Source: a phage
Strand: one strand, 5' to 3'
Length of the DNA stretch: 64,000 nucleotides
Sequence record: PZ386970.1
The notes under the pieces are model-generated. The model saw only the letters and a list, made by a program, of their open reading frames with translations, did no database searches and had not been told where the DNA came from. Positions 31,375-41,621 of the stretch are shown piece by piece (positions within the stretch are counted from its first letter, which is position 1; each line of letters starts with the position of its first letter). The position numbers and the translations under genes were made by a program.

Positions 31375-31995
31375 CTACTTAATGAAATTAATTTCTACCG
31401 GATGAACAACAGGTTGAGCAGTGATATATTGAGTAATTGCTTTCATGACTAGAGCTTCAGAACCAGGATTTTTCTCAACGAATTCACGTGCTTGGTTATG
31501 AGCTTCAAGTTCACTTAGTAAACCACTTCGTTGACATCCACGGTCTTGAGTACCCTGTTCAGATAAAAAGGCGACGATGTATTTTTCATCGTCATACGGT
31601 TTAGACGGTTGAGCAAATGTTCCTTTACTTCCAAAAGGAGAGTTATGACGCCACATCACGCCGTGAGGAGTTTCAACCTTCGTATATTCGTGCGGGCCAT
31701 TTTTCTTAGTTTCTTTCCATGGAACTTCATGGACATGGGTATTAGGATTAGGACATTCAATAAAATGCTCATCTAAATCAGTCGAGAATATTAAAGTAAA
31801 ACAATTACTGAATTTACCAACACCTGCCTGATAAATTTTACCTTCAGAAGTTCTAATTTCACAAACCGAGCCGACATCAGTAACTTCTAAAACTTCAAAA
31901 GGCTCGATAAGGTCATATGAGAACATGTTTTTAAGGCGTGGAGTAATATCCCCATTTTTAAAATTCATTTTATAAAAAGTATTAACTTTAAACAT
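31375..31995 (-). CDS. Hypothetical protein (206 aa)
   Basis: Long ORF with good coding appearance; no recognisable motif; larger than any T4 30.x gene at this position as I recall. Confidence 0.55.
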   Translation of the reverse strand: MFKVNTFYKMNFKNGDITPRLKNMFSYDLIEPFEVLEVTDVGSVCEIRTSEGKIYQAGVGKFSNCFTLIFSTDLDEHFIECPNPNTHVHEVPWKETKKNGPHEYTKVETPHGVMWRHNSPFGSKGTFAQPSKPYDDEKYIVAFLSEQGTQDRGCQRSGLLSELEAHNQAREFVEKNPGSEALVMKAITQYITAQPVVHPVEINFIK

Positions 31996-32030
31996 AATTT
32001 CCTCAATGGGAGCTTCGGCTCCCAGTTAAA

Positions 32031-32396
32031 TTAGATATCAAATTCGTTAAGAACTACATCAAAGATTGCTTCGAGATGTTCATGTTTAGCTCGGTTACTC
32101 AGGATATGACGAATCCAAGTTTTAACCAGAAGTTTACGATTAACACCGTTCCAGCAAGGATGAGTACCTAAATCACGTTGACGAAAATCATCATCCAGAG
32201 CGATTTTAAAGTTGGAACCTTCCATCGTGATTGAAACCGTGATGCCATTTTCAAATCGCATATAAACGTAATTAGGAGTCATATACTGTTCAATTTCGCA
32301 TACTGATCCATTTTGATGTTTCCATAAGCAAATAACTTCAGAAGAACCAGCGATACCGTTAGAAACATATTTGCGTTCGAAGTTGGTGTAGTTCAT
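32031..32396 (-). CDS. Hypothetical protein (30.7-like position)
   Basis: 121-aa ORF with early promoter motif upstream. Confidence 0.55.
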   Translation of the reverse strand: MNYTNFERKYVSNGIAGSSEVICLWKHQNGSVCEIEQYMTPNYVYMRFENGITVSITMEGSNFKIALDDDFRQRDLGTHPCWNGVNRKLLVKTWIRHILSNRAKHEHLEAIFDVVLNEFDI

Positions 32397-32437
32397 TTTA
32401 TTCTCCAGATGTTTAAGTTGTTTGTTGGTACAGGTCT

Positions 32438-32466
32438 ATAATATCATAACCTGTACCAAAGTAAAC
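32438..32466 (-). promoter_or_regulatory. Early promoter motif (GTTTAC-N17-TATTAT) embedded in an 11-bp perfect inverted repeat
   Basis: Minus-strand GTTTACTTTGGTACAGGTTATGATATTATAGACCTGTACC; inverted repeat arms TTGGTACAGGT / ACCTGTACCAA. Confidence 0.5.
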
Positions 32467-32470
32467 ATTT

Positions 32471-32842
32471 TTATTTGATTTTTGTCCACTTAGCTGAATC
32501 AATAACACCTTTTGCTTTAATCTTCTTGATTAATGACTCTGCACGATTTCTGGCATTTTCGTACCATACAACATCTTCAGAGTAACCAGTTTCTTCATCT
32601 TCGTAAGTTTTAGAACGAATACAACCATAAACTGTAGAATTCAGACGGTAAATTTCACCGGTGAAAAAGTTTTCTATTTCGATATGATAACAAAAATCAT
32701 CTGAAGGACCATCAGGAGTTGTACAATAAACCACATCACCTTGAACTGAACGAACCATCCATTGTAACTCGTTAACAACTTGAGATTTATATCCATCATG
32801 GTCACGGCATTTAATTGTAGCATTTAAATTGATAGTGTTCAT
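32471..32842 (-). CDS. Hypothetical protein (30.8-like position)
   Basis: 123-aa ORF with early promoter motif upstream. Confidence 0.55.
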   Translation of the reverse strand: MNTINLNATIKCRDHDGYKSQVVNELQWMVRSVQGDVVYCTTPDGPSDDFCYHIEIENFFTGEIYRLNSTVYGCIRSKTYEDEETGYSEDVVWYENARNRAESLIKKIKAKGVIDSAKWTKIK

Positions 32843-32883
32843 TTTATTCTCCGGTTGTTTTATTGATTAGGTGGTACAAGACT

Positions 32884-32912
32884 ATAGTAACACATCCTAC
32901 AGGAGAGTAAAC
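32884..32912 (-). promoter_or_regulatory. Early promoter motif (GTTTAC-N17-TACTAT)
   Basis: Minus-strand GTTTACTCTCCTGTAGGATGTGTTACTATAGTC upstream of the ORF starting at 32842. Confidence 0.5.
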
Positions 32913-32947
32913 ATCTTTTTTAAACTTTTTCTGCCCTAAACGCACAA

Positions 32948-32968
32948 AAGGGAGACCGAAGTCTCCCT
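32948..32968 (-). terminator. Terminator after the small basic ORF
   Basis: GGGAGAC-CGAA-GTCTCCC hairpin followed on the - strand by TTTTGTG. Confidence 0.65.
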
Positions 32969-32972
32969 AAAA

Positions 32973-33152
32973 TTATGCAACAACCTTTCCAAAACGAGAA
33001 GCATCATCTCGAAGAACTGCACGTGCTCTGCGCATGATCTTCTCAACTGTTTGATTAATACGAGAGTTCGACCCACGCTTGTATCCAGCGCGTTTAGAGG
33101 TACCATCAACTTTCTTTTCAACTGCTTTCTTTGCTTTAGCTTGTTTTGCCAT
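32973..33152 (-). CDS. Small lysine/arginine-rich protein (59 aa)
   Basis: Manual translation MAKQAKAKKAVEKKVDGTSKRAGYKRGSNSRINQTVEKIMRRARAVLRDDASRFGKVVA; below track cutoff; terminator hairpin immediately downstream. Confidence 0.4.
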   Translation of the reverse strand: MAKQAKAKKAVEKKVDGTSKRAGYKRGSNSRINQTVEKIMRRARAVLRDDASRFGKVVA

Positions 33153-33164
33153 TATAAATTCTCT

Positions 33165-33398
33165 TTAAATGAAAATGCAGGACTTATTGACATTGCCTGC
33201 GCAAGCCCTCAAGGGGAACATAGGTTTTGGATATTTAACGACAGGATAACCATAAACCTCGTCATCATACCAACCACGACTTAAACAGATAACCCTTTTC
33301 TGACGCGTGATAGTACAAATACATTCAAGAGGTACACCGTAAAATTGTCGGGGCGGTACTTCTAAAACATACCGATTCGCAAATCGATAATCAGACAA
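33165..33398 (-). CDS. Hypothetical protein
   Basis: 77-aa ORF between rIII and the small basic ORF. Confidence 0.45.
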   Translation of the reverse strand: MSDYRFANRYVLEVPPRQFYGVPLECICTITRQKRVICLSRGWYDDEVYGYPVVKYPKPMFPLRACAGNVNKSCIFI

Positions 33399-33420
33399 TT
33401 CGACGGCTCCTCGATTTAAC

Positions 33421-33669
33421 TTACTTCAGGGTAATAATAAAATGACGTACTGCTTTACGAGCTGCTGAAGCCAAAGGCTTAGCATATTTCAGTTCATCTT
33501 TTGCTTCCAGTTCAGTAGCCAGTGCGGCCTGGGCTGGGTTCAGATGTTTGAAATAACGCAGGATTTCAAGAGCTTCGGCTTCAACATCAATAGATGCGCC
33601 ATAGTTTTCATGACCGTTATTCCATGCGTTGCGTTGCAGTTCAAGAGCGTGTTGTAATTGTTTAATCAT
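33421..33669 (-). CDS. rIII: rIII lysis-inhibition accessory protein
   Basis: 82-aa ORF directly downstream of gene 31; size and position of T4 rIII. Confidence 0.75.
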   Translation of the reverse strand: MIKQLQHALELQRNAWNNGHENYGASIDVEAEALEILRYFKHLNPAQAALATELEAKDELKYAKPLASAARKAVRHFIITLK

Positions 33670-33793
33670 TTTAAATTCTCAATTCGAGATAATATTTAGT
33701 AGCCACGTTCGTCTGAATTTCACCTTCTTTCGACAAGTCTCTCAGTTGTAGGCTACCGCTTAGAAGAGTGTTCTCTTCATATAGTTATTTATA

Positions 33794-34126
33794 TCACTTA
33801 TAAAGACACGGAATAGCTTTATAGTGGCATGTTACGAATTTCTGTTTAATTTCTTTAGGTTGTTTAAGTCCCAAAGCCACAAATGGATGTGGAACATTTC
33901 GAATTTGTCCAACCGGTAGTGGAGTCAAATCACCGACTTCAACAAAACCTTCAGGAACATCAGGACCTACAGAATGAACTACACATAGTTCAGGAACTTC
34001 ACCTTGAACACGTTTACCAATCACAAGTCCTGATTCGGTAACTTCTTCATCACCTGCTTGAGCGGGTTCAGAAACCAAAATGACATATTCACCAACAGCA
34101 CGAATTGGGAGTTGTACTTCAGACAT
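33794..34126 (-). CDS. 31: gp31 co-chaperonin (GroES analogue)
   Basis: 110-aa ORF (T4 gp31 111 aa); synteny with rIII and cd. Confidence 0.85.
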   Translation of the reverse strand: MSEVQLPIRAVGEYVILVSEPAQAGDEEVTESGLVIGKRVQGEVPELCVVHSVGPDVPEGFVEVGDLTPLPVGQIRNVPHPFVALGLKQPKEIKQKFVTCHYKAIPCLYK

Positions 34127-34183
34127 CTTATTTCCTTGTTGTTTGACGATAGATTAATAATACCATACTATTCGTAAAGCATA

Positions 34184-34492
34184 TTACATAAGAAGCAAAC
34201 GTTCTACCGGAGTACCATCAACCGAAATTACTTTATCAAGACGGAAAGAACGCCACTGACCTAACTTGGTATCGAATGCTCGAACTGATTCGCGAGGTTC
34301 ATAACGAACTTCTGTTGCTGGATTGTTATTTTCATATTTGACTTCAAGTTCATCGCGCGAAGCAAACATAGTGCGTACCTCACCATTAGCCTTTTCAAAT
34401 ACAACACAATGAACGCCTACAGACAGAATAGTTTTAATACGTTCACGAAGAACCATAGTTTCTTGTTCAGTTAAAATCATATTATTCACCAC
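34184..34492 (-). CDS. Hypothetical protein (31.1 position)
   Basis: 102-aa ORF coupled to cd. Confidence 0.5.
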   Translation of the reverse strand: MVNNMILTEQETMVLRERIKTILSVGVHCVVFEKANGEVRTMFASRDELEVKYENNNPATEVRYEPRESVRAFDTKLGQWRSFRLDKVISVDGTPVERLLLM

Positions 34493-35063
34493 AAAAGTTT
34501 CGAATTTGTTCCCAATTCAGAGAACGAAGATTATTACGAGAGTACTGAATTACTTCAATACCAGCTTGTTTTAGAATGTCTGCCCAATTTTCAGGAGATC
34601 GGTCATATAATTCTGCATATACAACCTTTTTAATACCTGACTGCGTAATAGCTTTAGTGCAATCAGGACACGGAGAAAGCGTAGTATATAACGTAGCACC
34701 TTCAATAGAATTACCTTTACGAGCTGCAAACAAAATTGCATTCAATTCCGCATGGATTTCGTTATTAGCAGACCATGCACTATGAGCGGCCCGATGTTCT
34801 TTAGCCAAAACAAAATTATCCACCCGTCCAAATGCTGTAGTGCCTTCTTTATGCCCGGCAACGATGACCGGGCTTGGTTTATTCTTCAACCAACCGTTTT
34901 CGGATGCATGTTCGCAACAGTTTGTACCACCTGAAGGAGAGCCGTTATACCCAGTAGAGATAATGCGTCCATCTTTTTCAATGACCGCACCAACTTTCCA
35001 TGAACAACATTTTGATTCTTGAGAAATCAGATATGCAATCTGAAGGTATGTGCTAGCTTTCAT
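34482..35063 (-). CDS. cd: dCMP deaminase
   Basis: 193-aa ORF; zinc-binding deaminase motifs HAELNA and PCxxC; matches T4 Cd (193 aa). Confidence 0.95.
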   Translation of the reverse strand: MKASTYLQIAYLISQESKCCSWKVGAVIEKDGRIISTGYNGSPSGGTNCCEHASENGWLKNKPSPVIVAGHKEGTTAFGRVDNFVLAKEHRAAHSAWSANNEIHAELNAILFAARKGNSIEGATLYTTLSPCPDCTKAITQSGIKKVVYAELYDRSPENWADILKQAGIEVIQYSRNNLRSLNWEQIRNFCGE

Positions 35064-36055
35064 TATTGAACCTTATTAATATAAGTTAACAACTCTTTAG
35101 TTTGTTCCCAACTGATGCACGCATCGGTAATGGAAACGCCATAGGACATATTATCAGAAATTTTTTGATTTCCTTCATGTAGGAACGATTCTATCATAAT
35201 TCCTTTGACCAAATCATTAGCTGCTAAATTTTTACCAATACCAATTTGATTGCTATAATGCCCATCAGCGTTTGCATGGCTACAGTCAACCATTACATAA
35301 TGATTCAGACCTACTGCCCTTGCTTTGTTAGAAGCTTCTTGAATATCAGAAGAATGATAGTTCGGGCCGTTGGTCCCGCCACGCAATACGATATGCGTAT
35401 TCTGATTACCTTCAGCTTCAACAATGCCTACAGTACCATCGACGTCCATACCCATATACCGATGAGGCCAGGCGGCACTATACATCGCGTCTGTAGCTAC
35501 TTTAATAGAACCATTGGTTGCGTTCTTGAAGCCTACGCACATCGGTAGACCTGAAGCAATTTCACGATGTGTCTGACTTTCAGTCGTACGGGCGCCAATA
35601 GCAACCCATGAGAAAATACCAGAAAGATACTTAATCGTGAATGGGTCTAATACTTCAGTTGCTAATGGAAGTCCCATACGTAGAAGTTTACGACACAATG
35701 TTCGTGCAACTATAAGACCGTGGTTCATATCAAAACTTCCGTCAAGATATGGATCATTTACAAGACCTTTCCAACCTACGGTAGTTCGAGGCTTTTCAAA
35801 ATAAACGCGCATCACTAACAGAACATTAGGAAGACGAGTTTGAAGTTCAGCCAGACGTTTGCCGTATTCAACAGCAGCAATAGGGTCATGAATTGAACAA
35901 GGACCTACAACAATAAGTTTGCGTGGGTCTTCACCATTCATAATCGAATTAACTTGTTCGCGATGAGAAGCCACTTGTGATGCGTAAGCTTCCGACAAAG
36001 GAATAATCTCAGCCAGTTCTTTTGGAGAAATAAGTTTTCCGACGACAGGTAACAT
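35063..36055 (-). CDS. 3-deoxy-D-arabino-heptulosonate 7-phosphate (DAHP) synthase, class I (AroG/F/H family)
   Basis: 330-aa ORF; blocks LIVVGPCSIHDP, VMRVYFEKPRTTVGWKGL, GARTTESQ, VGFKNATNGSIKVA, IVLRGG, ESFLHEGNQ, SITDACI are near-identical to E. coli AroG; stop overlaps the cd start (TAATG). Confidence 0.9.
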   Translation of the reverse strand: MLPVVGKLISPKELAEIIPLSEAYASQVASHREQVNSIMNGEDPRKLIVVGPCSIHDPIAAVEYGKRLAELQTRLPNVLLVMRVYFEKPRTTVGWKGLVNDPYLDGSFDMNHGLIVARTLCRKLLRMGLPLATEVLDPFTIKYLSGIFSWVAIGARTTESQTHREIASGLPMCVGFKNATNGSIKVATDAMYSAAWPHRYMGMDVDGTVGIVEAEGNQNTHIVLRGGTNGPNYHSSDIQEASNKARAVGLNHYVMVDCSHANADGHYSNQIGIGKNLAANDLVKGIMIESFLHEGNQKISDNMSYGVSITDACISWEQTKELLTYINKVQ

Positions 36056-36175
36056 AACAATCCTTAGGAGATATAAACAGATTCTGATTCAACAATACCT
36101 TTAACCGGATTAGACAGGCTAAGTTGGTAGTGCTCAGATTTATGACCATTCTCGATAGTAATGAGATAGCTCTCA

Positions 36176-36412
36176 TTATAGTGTTCCATATACTCGAGTT
36201 GCTTCAACAAGACCATCACTGCCTAATTTAAGATTAGTAATTTGGTCACCATCTTTAGGATTAACGATTATGAGAAAAGAACGTGGAGATTCTTGAATAA
36301 CTCGTAATGTTGCATCCTGGAAACGTTCAGACACTTTATTGATGAGTGCTTGAGCAAATTCTTTTACTTTAATCTGAAATTCGTGTACTGTAATTGGGGT
36401 TTCACTTAGCAT
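36176..36412 (-). CDS. Hypothetical protein
   Basis: 78-aa ORF with early promoter motif upstream (36442-36471). Confidence 0.45.
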   Translation of the reverse strand: MLSETPITVHEFQIKVKEFAQALINKVSERFQDATLRVIQESPRSFLIIVNPKDGDQITNLKLGSDGLVEATRVYGTL

Positions 36413-36441
36413 TTCGATTTCCTCATTGTGTTGGTAGAGTT

Positions 36442-36471
36442 ATAGTATCACAACTCCACCATGTTGTAAAC
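36442..36471 (-). promoter_or_regulatory. Early promoter motif (GTTTAC-N18-TACTAT)
   Basis: Minus-strand GTTTACAACATGGTGGAGTTGTGATACTATAACTC upstream of the ORF starting at 36412. Confidence 0.5.
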
Positions 36472-36747
36472 TTAAATTGCAAAACATTTAATTTCTTGTG
36501 AATCGAAATCAACTTCACACTGAATTACTAGATCAGCGTCAAGTCCAAACACAACAATCACATGAGCAGAGCTGGGCAACAATGTAACAGACACAGAATC
36601 CACTTGGTCAGGCACTAGCGTATTCAAAACATAGAGTAGTTCAGAGTGGACCTTAAGCTCAGTAGCCGTATCCAGCTTATCAAAGAAATGATTTGCAATA
36701 ATCTGGCTAAAAACTACCTTTACAATTTCAGAATATTTAGGGAACAT
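36472..36747 (-). CDS. Hypothetical protein
   Basis: 91-aa ORF in the cd-pseT small-gene array. Confidence 0.45.
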   Translation of the reverse strand: MFPKYSEIVKVVFSQIIANHFFDKLDTATELKVHSELLYVLNTLVPDQVDSVSVTLLPSSAHVIVVFGLDADLVIQCEVDFDSQEIKCFAI

Positions 36748-36754
36748 AATTACC

Positions 36755-36979
36755 TCAGTGCACAGTATTTACTTTAACTCGAACAACAAATCGCTCGGTC
36801 GGTTCACCTACAGGAACAAACTCTACATGATATTCGCCTTTGTATCGAGTATTCAGGTCATTACGAATTCCTGCGAGTTTGTTGATTAATGTAGGACTCA
36901 TATTAAGTCCCACTAGTTTACGAAGCATTTTGTATGCTTCATCTTCGATTTCATGATGTTTATCGTACATAGTTTTCAT
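36755..36979 (-). CDS. Hypothetical protein
   Basis: 74-aa ORF in the cd-pseT array. Confidence 0.45.
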   Translation of the reverse strand: MKTMYDKHHEIEDEAYKMLRKLVGLNMSPTLINKLAGIRNDLNTRYKGEYHVEFVPVGEPTERFVVRVKVNTVH

Positions 36980-37150
36980 TTAACCATTCAATTGCCTGGT
37001 CGACGTTATCAAATATACCACCGTCCAAACGTTCTTCATGCTCATAGTCCAGCACATCAATACCGAACTGTCCATTTACTAAAGGCCAGGCTACAAACAA
37101 ATATTCTTTATGCTGTTCGATGGCCTCAATCACTTCATATAATCGTTTCA

Positions 37151-37151
<1 letters not shown>
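36960..37151 (-). CDS. Hypothetical protein
   Basis: 63-aa acidic ORF coupled to the pseT stop. Confidence 0.45.
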
Positions 37152-38237
<1,086 letters not shown>

Positions 38238-38238
<1 letters not shown>

Positions 38239-38537
38239 TATTTTATTCCTAAGAAAGTTTCAAGAATACGAATGTTGAGTTCGCGCCGGTCTTTATTAAT
38301 TTCAGCAACGTTTTTATTAATTGACATACTTCTAACGTTTGAAGAAATAAATTTAATCATATGACTTTTGAGTTGTTGCAAATCCAACCCTTTTTCTTTA
38401 GCAGCTTTACGAAGAGCTTTACCTGCTTCATCTAGTGCCTTTGCTGCATCTTTGTCATAATTGCCAAGTGACATTCCACGACAGATATCAATATACTCAT
38501 CAGACCGTTTGATGTAATTCTCTAGTAATGTTTTCAT
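38238..38537 (-). CDS. Hypothetical protein
   Basis: 99-aa ORF. Confidence 0.45.
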
Positions 38538-38594
38538 TTAGATTTCCTCAATTATCCATAGGAGCATTATACTCTGCTCCTGAGAGTTTGTAAA

Positions 38595-38819
38595 CTATTT
38601 TACTAAAGATTCAATATACTCGTGAAGAGCTTTAGTCGCTACTGCCCACTTATTCTGATATTCATTTTTCAGATTAGCACGAGACTGAACTAACAATCGG
38701 TCATTAGTCGGAGGCAAAGATTCTAATCGTTGAATCTGGCGCCCATAAATCATAGCCGCCATTTCAGATTCATAGATAAGCCCTTTAATGTATTCATGCT
38801 GTTCTTTAGTCATTGGCAT
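38595..38819 (-). CDS. Hypothetical protein
   Basis: 74-aa ORF. Confidence 0.45.
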   Translation of the reverse strand: MPMTKEQHEYIKGLIYESEMAAMIYGRQIQRLESLPPTNDRLLVQSRANLKNEYQNKWAVATKALHEYIESLVK

Positions 38820-39100
38820 TTTTCCTCTTTTAAACCACTACGATAATAACATATCATAGTCTTCTGGTCATGTACATATCTTTTTACGTCGTTTAACCAG
38901 ATACGAAATTCTTGAGAGTCTTCAAATGGCATTCCAACCCATGGATTACCATCAATAACCTTTACTTGCCATTTCTGGTTATATTCAACAATAGATTCTG
39001 GCCACGGCGGATGTAAAGTTTCTTTAGGGCTTAAGGGCACATCCTGGGCACACCCAGCCAAAATACCAATAGATAATACAACTGCGGTTAATTTAATCAT
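38810..39100 (-). CDS. Outer-membrane spanin (o-spanin lipoprotein)
   Basis: 96-aa ORF; signal peptide with lipobox LAGC (MIKLTAVVLSIGILAGC); overlaps the upstream i-spanin by 4 nt. Confidence 0.7.
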   Translation of the reverse strand: MIKLTAVVLSIGILAGCAQDVPLSPKETLHPPWPESIVEYNQKWQVKVIDGNPWVGMPFEDSQEFRIWLNDVKRYVHDQKTMICYYRSGLKEEKCQ

Positions 39101-39453
39101 TCTGAGAGCTTCCTGAGGTCTTCTGCAAAGGAATCGAAGGACTTGTTGATTTGTTTTTCGACCAATCCTGGTTTACTTGCCACCACGTTCTTCTTCTTCG
39201 AATCCTTACGGAGCTTTTCATTTTCGGCCTTAAGTTGGTCAACTAAAACACGATTCTTATATGTCATTTCTTCTATAGACTGATATTGAATCTTGAAGTC
39301 GTCTAATACTTTAGCATTGTTTTTAGCAGTCTCTTTAACAGAAGCCAATTCAGTATTCAGCGAATCGACTTTATGGTTCAGAAATGCTATTGTTACAGTA
39401 GCAACAACCGCAAAAGCTGCCACTACAATATATGATGCATTTACTTTAAGCAT
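39097..39453 (-). CDS. Inner-membrane spanin (i-spanin)
   Basis: 118-aa ORF; N-terminal transmembrane helix (YIVVAAFAVVATVTIAFL) followed by coiled-coil periplasmic domain; directly upstream of the lipoprotein. Confidence 0.7.
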   Translation of the reverse strand: MLKVNASYIVVAAFAVVATVTIAFLNHKVDSLNTELASVKETAKNNAKVLDDFKIQYQSIEEMTYKNRVLVDQLKAENEKLRKDSKKKNVVASKPGLVEKQINKSFDSFAEDLRKLSE

Positions 39454-39941
39454 GTTTGAATAATCTCAATGATTTCGTCTCGGGATAATCCATTGATAAG
39501 AACTGTTTTAGGCCCATCAGTTTGGATTTTGTACGATTCAAACAATACACACAACTCTTCTGCTGTATGATACGGGCTTGAAATTCCGAGACGGTTGAAT
39601 TTGTCGGTAAGAGGGTCGCAAATGATGTAGAATTTTATACCTGCGATATGTACGTTTGGTTGACTAATATTAATGAACACATTAGCGTCATATTTAGTCA
39701 AATTGTTTTGAAGAAATTCTACCATAGCATTAACTGCTTCTGGCATTGCTTCGCGTTTCTCTTCAGCGTATCGGGTGGAATATTCCTTTTGCTTTAACTT
39801 CTTTTTAGCATTTTTCGCTAGAGTAGTACGAAGGTCCGTAAGATAACCAACTGCACGGCCTTTCTTAAAGACCCGGATTCCATCTGTAGAATCACCAAAT
39901 GCTGCCACAACCATATCGTTAGTAATCAATTGCATATTCAT
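39441..39941 (-). CDS. alc: Alc (blocks host transcription elongation on cytosine DNA)
   Basis: 166-aa ORF (T4 Alc 167 aa) between rnlA and the spanins as in T4. Confidence 0.75.
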   Translation of the reverse strand: MNMQLITNDMVVAAFGDSTDGIRVFKKGRAVGYLTDLRTTLAKNAKKKLKQKEYSTRYAEEKREAMPEAVNAMVEFLQNNLTKYDANVFINISQPNVHIAGIKFYIICDPLTDKFNRLGISSPYHTAEELCVLFESYKIQTDGPKTVLINGLSRDEIIEIIQTCLK

Positions 39942-40003
39942 AATTTTCTCCTCGTGTTATTGATAAAAGCCATAGTAACACCTTCCTTGGTGTTTGTAAA
40001 CCA

Positions 40004-41137
<1,134 letters not shown>

Positions 41138-41184
41138 TCAGTTAGTTTTTTTTAAATTGTACCACAATCCTTGTGGTATGTAAA

Positions 41185-41595
41185 CTACTTTTTCTTATGT
41201 TGGATATTCCAAGGCGGGTTGAACTTTTTGATAAAAAGTGGTTCTTCAAGGTCCATTGTTGCGATGGTCATTGAACCAAGTTCATTGGTGACTGAAAGGT
41301 CAAAACATTGGCGGGCCCAGAATTCAACCTTTTTGCCTTGCATTAAGGCATCCAAAATCATAAGTGATTTTCTTGAATCTGAAGTCTGGTCTTTTCGATT
41401 TATGGCTGTTCGATAATAGTTAATGCGTTTCTTTAAATTCTTGGTTTTACCAATATACACAAGTTCGTCATCTATAGCAATAGCGTATATGACATTTTTC
41501 TTATTAGGGACATCAACTGTTTTAATTGTTGCATCTTCTAATAGCTCCAATTCTGTATATTTAATAAAGGAATATTCGGCGGCAATATCTTTCAT
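41185..41595 (-). CDS. denA: Endonuclease II (host DNA degradation)
   Basis: 136-aa ORF (T4 DenA 136 aa); GIY-YIG-like N-terminus (VIYAIAIDDELVYIGKTKNLKKRINYY). Confidence 0.85.
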   Translation of the reverse strand: MKDIAAEYSFIKYTELELLEDATIKTVDVPNKKNVIYAIAIDDELVYIGKTKNLKKRINYYRTAINRKDQTSDSRKSLMILDALMQGKKVEFWARQCFDLSVTNELGSMTIATMDLEEPLFIKKFNPPWNIQHKKK

Positions 41596-41621
41596 AATAA
41601 AGTGGGACCGAAGTCCCGTCC

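Noticed and set aside
34141-34200. Possible early or middle promoter upstream of gene 31
   Set aside because: It has a CTTTAC -35-like element and a TGCTTCT MotA-box-like sequence, but the spacing to any acceptable -10 hexamer is wrong, so it is too weak to call.
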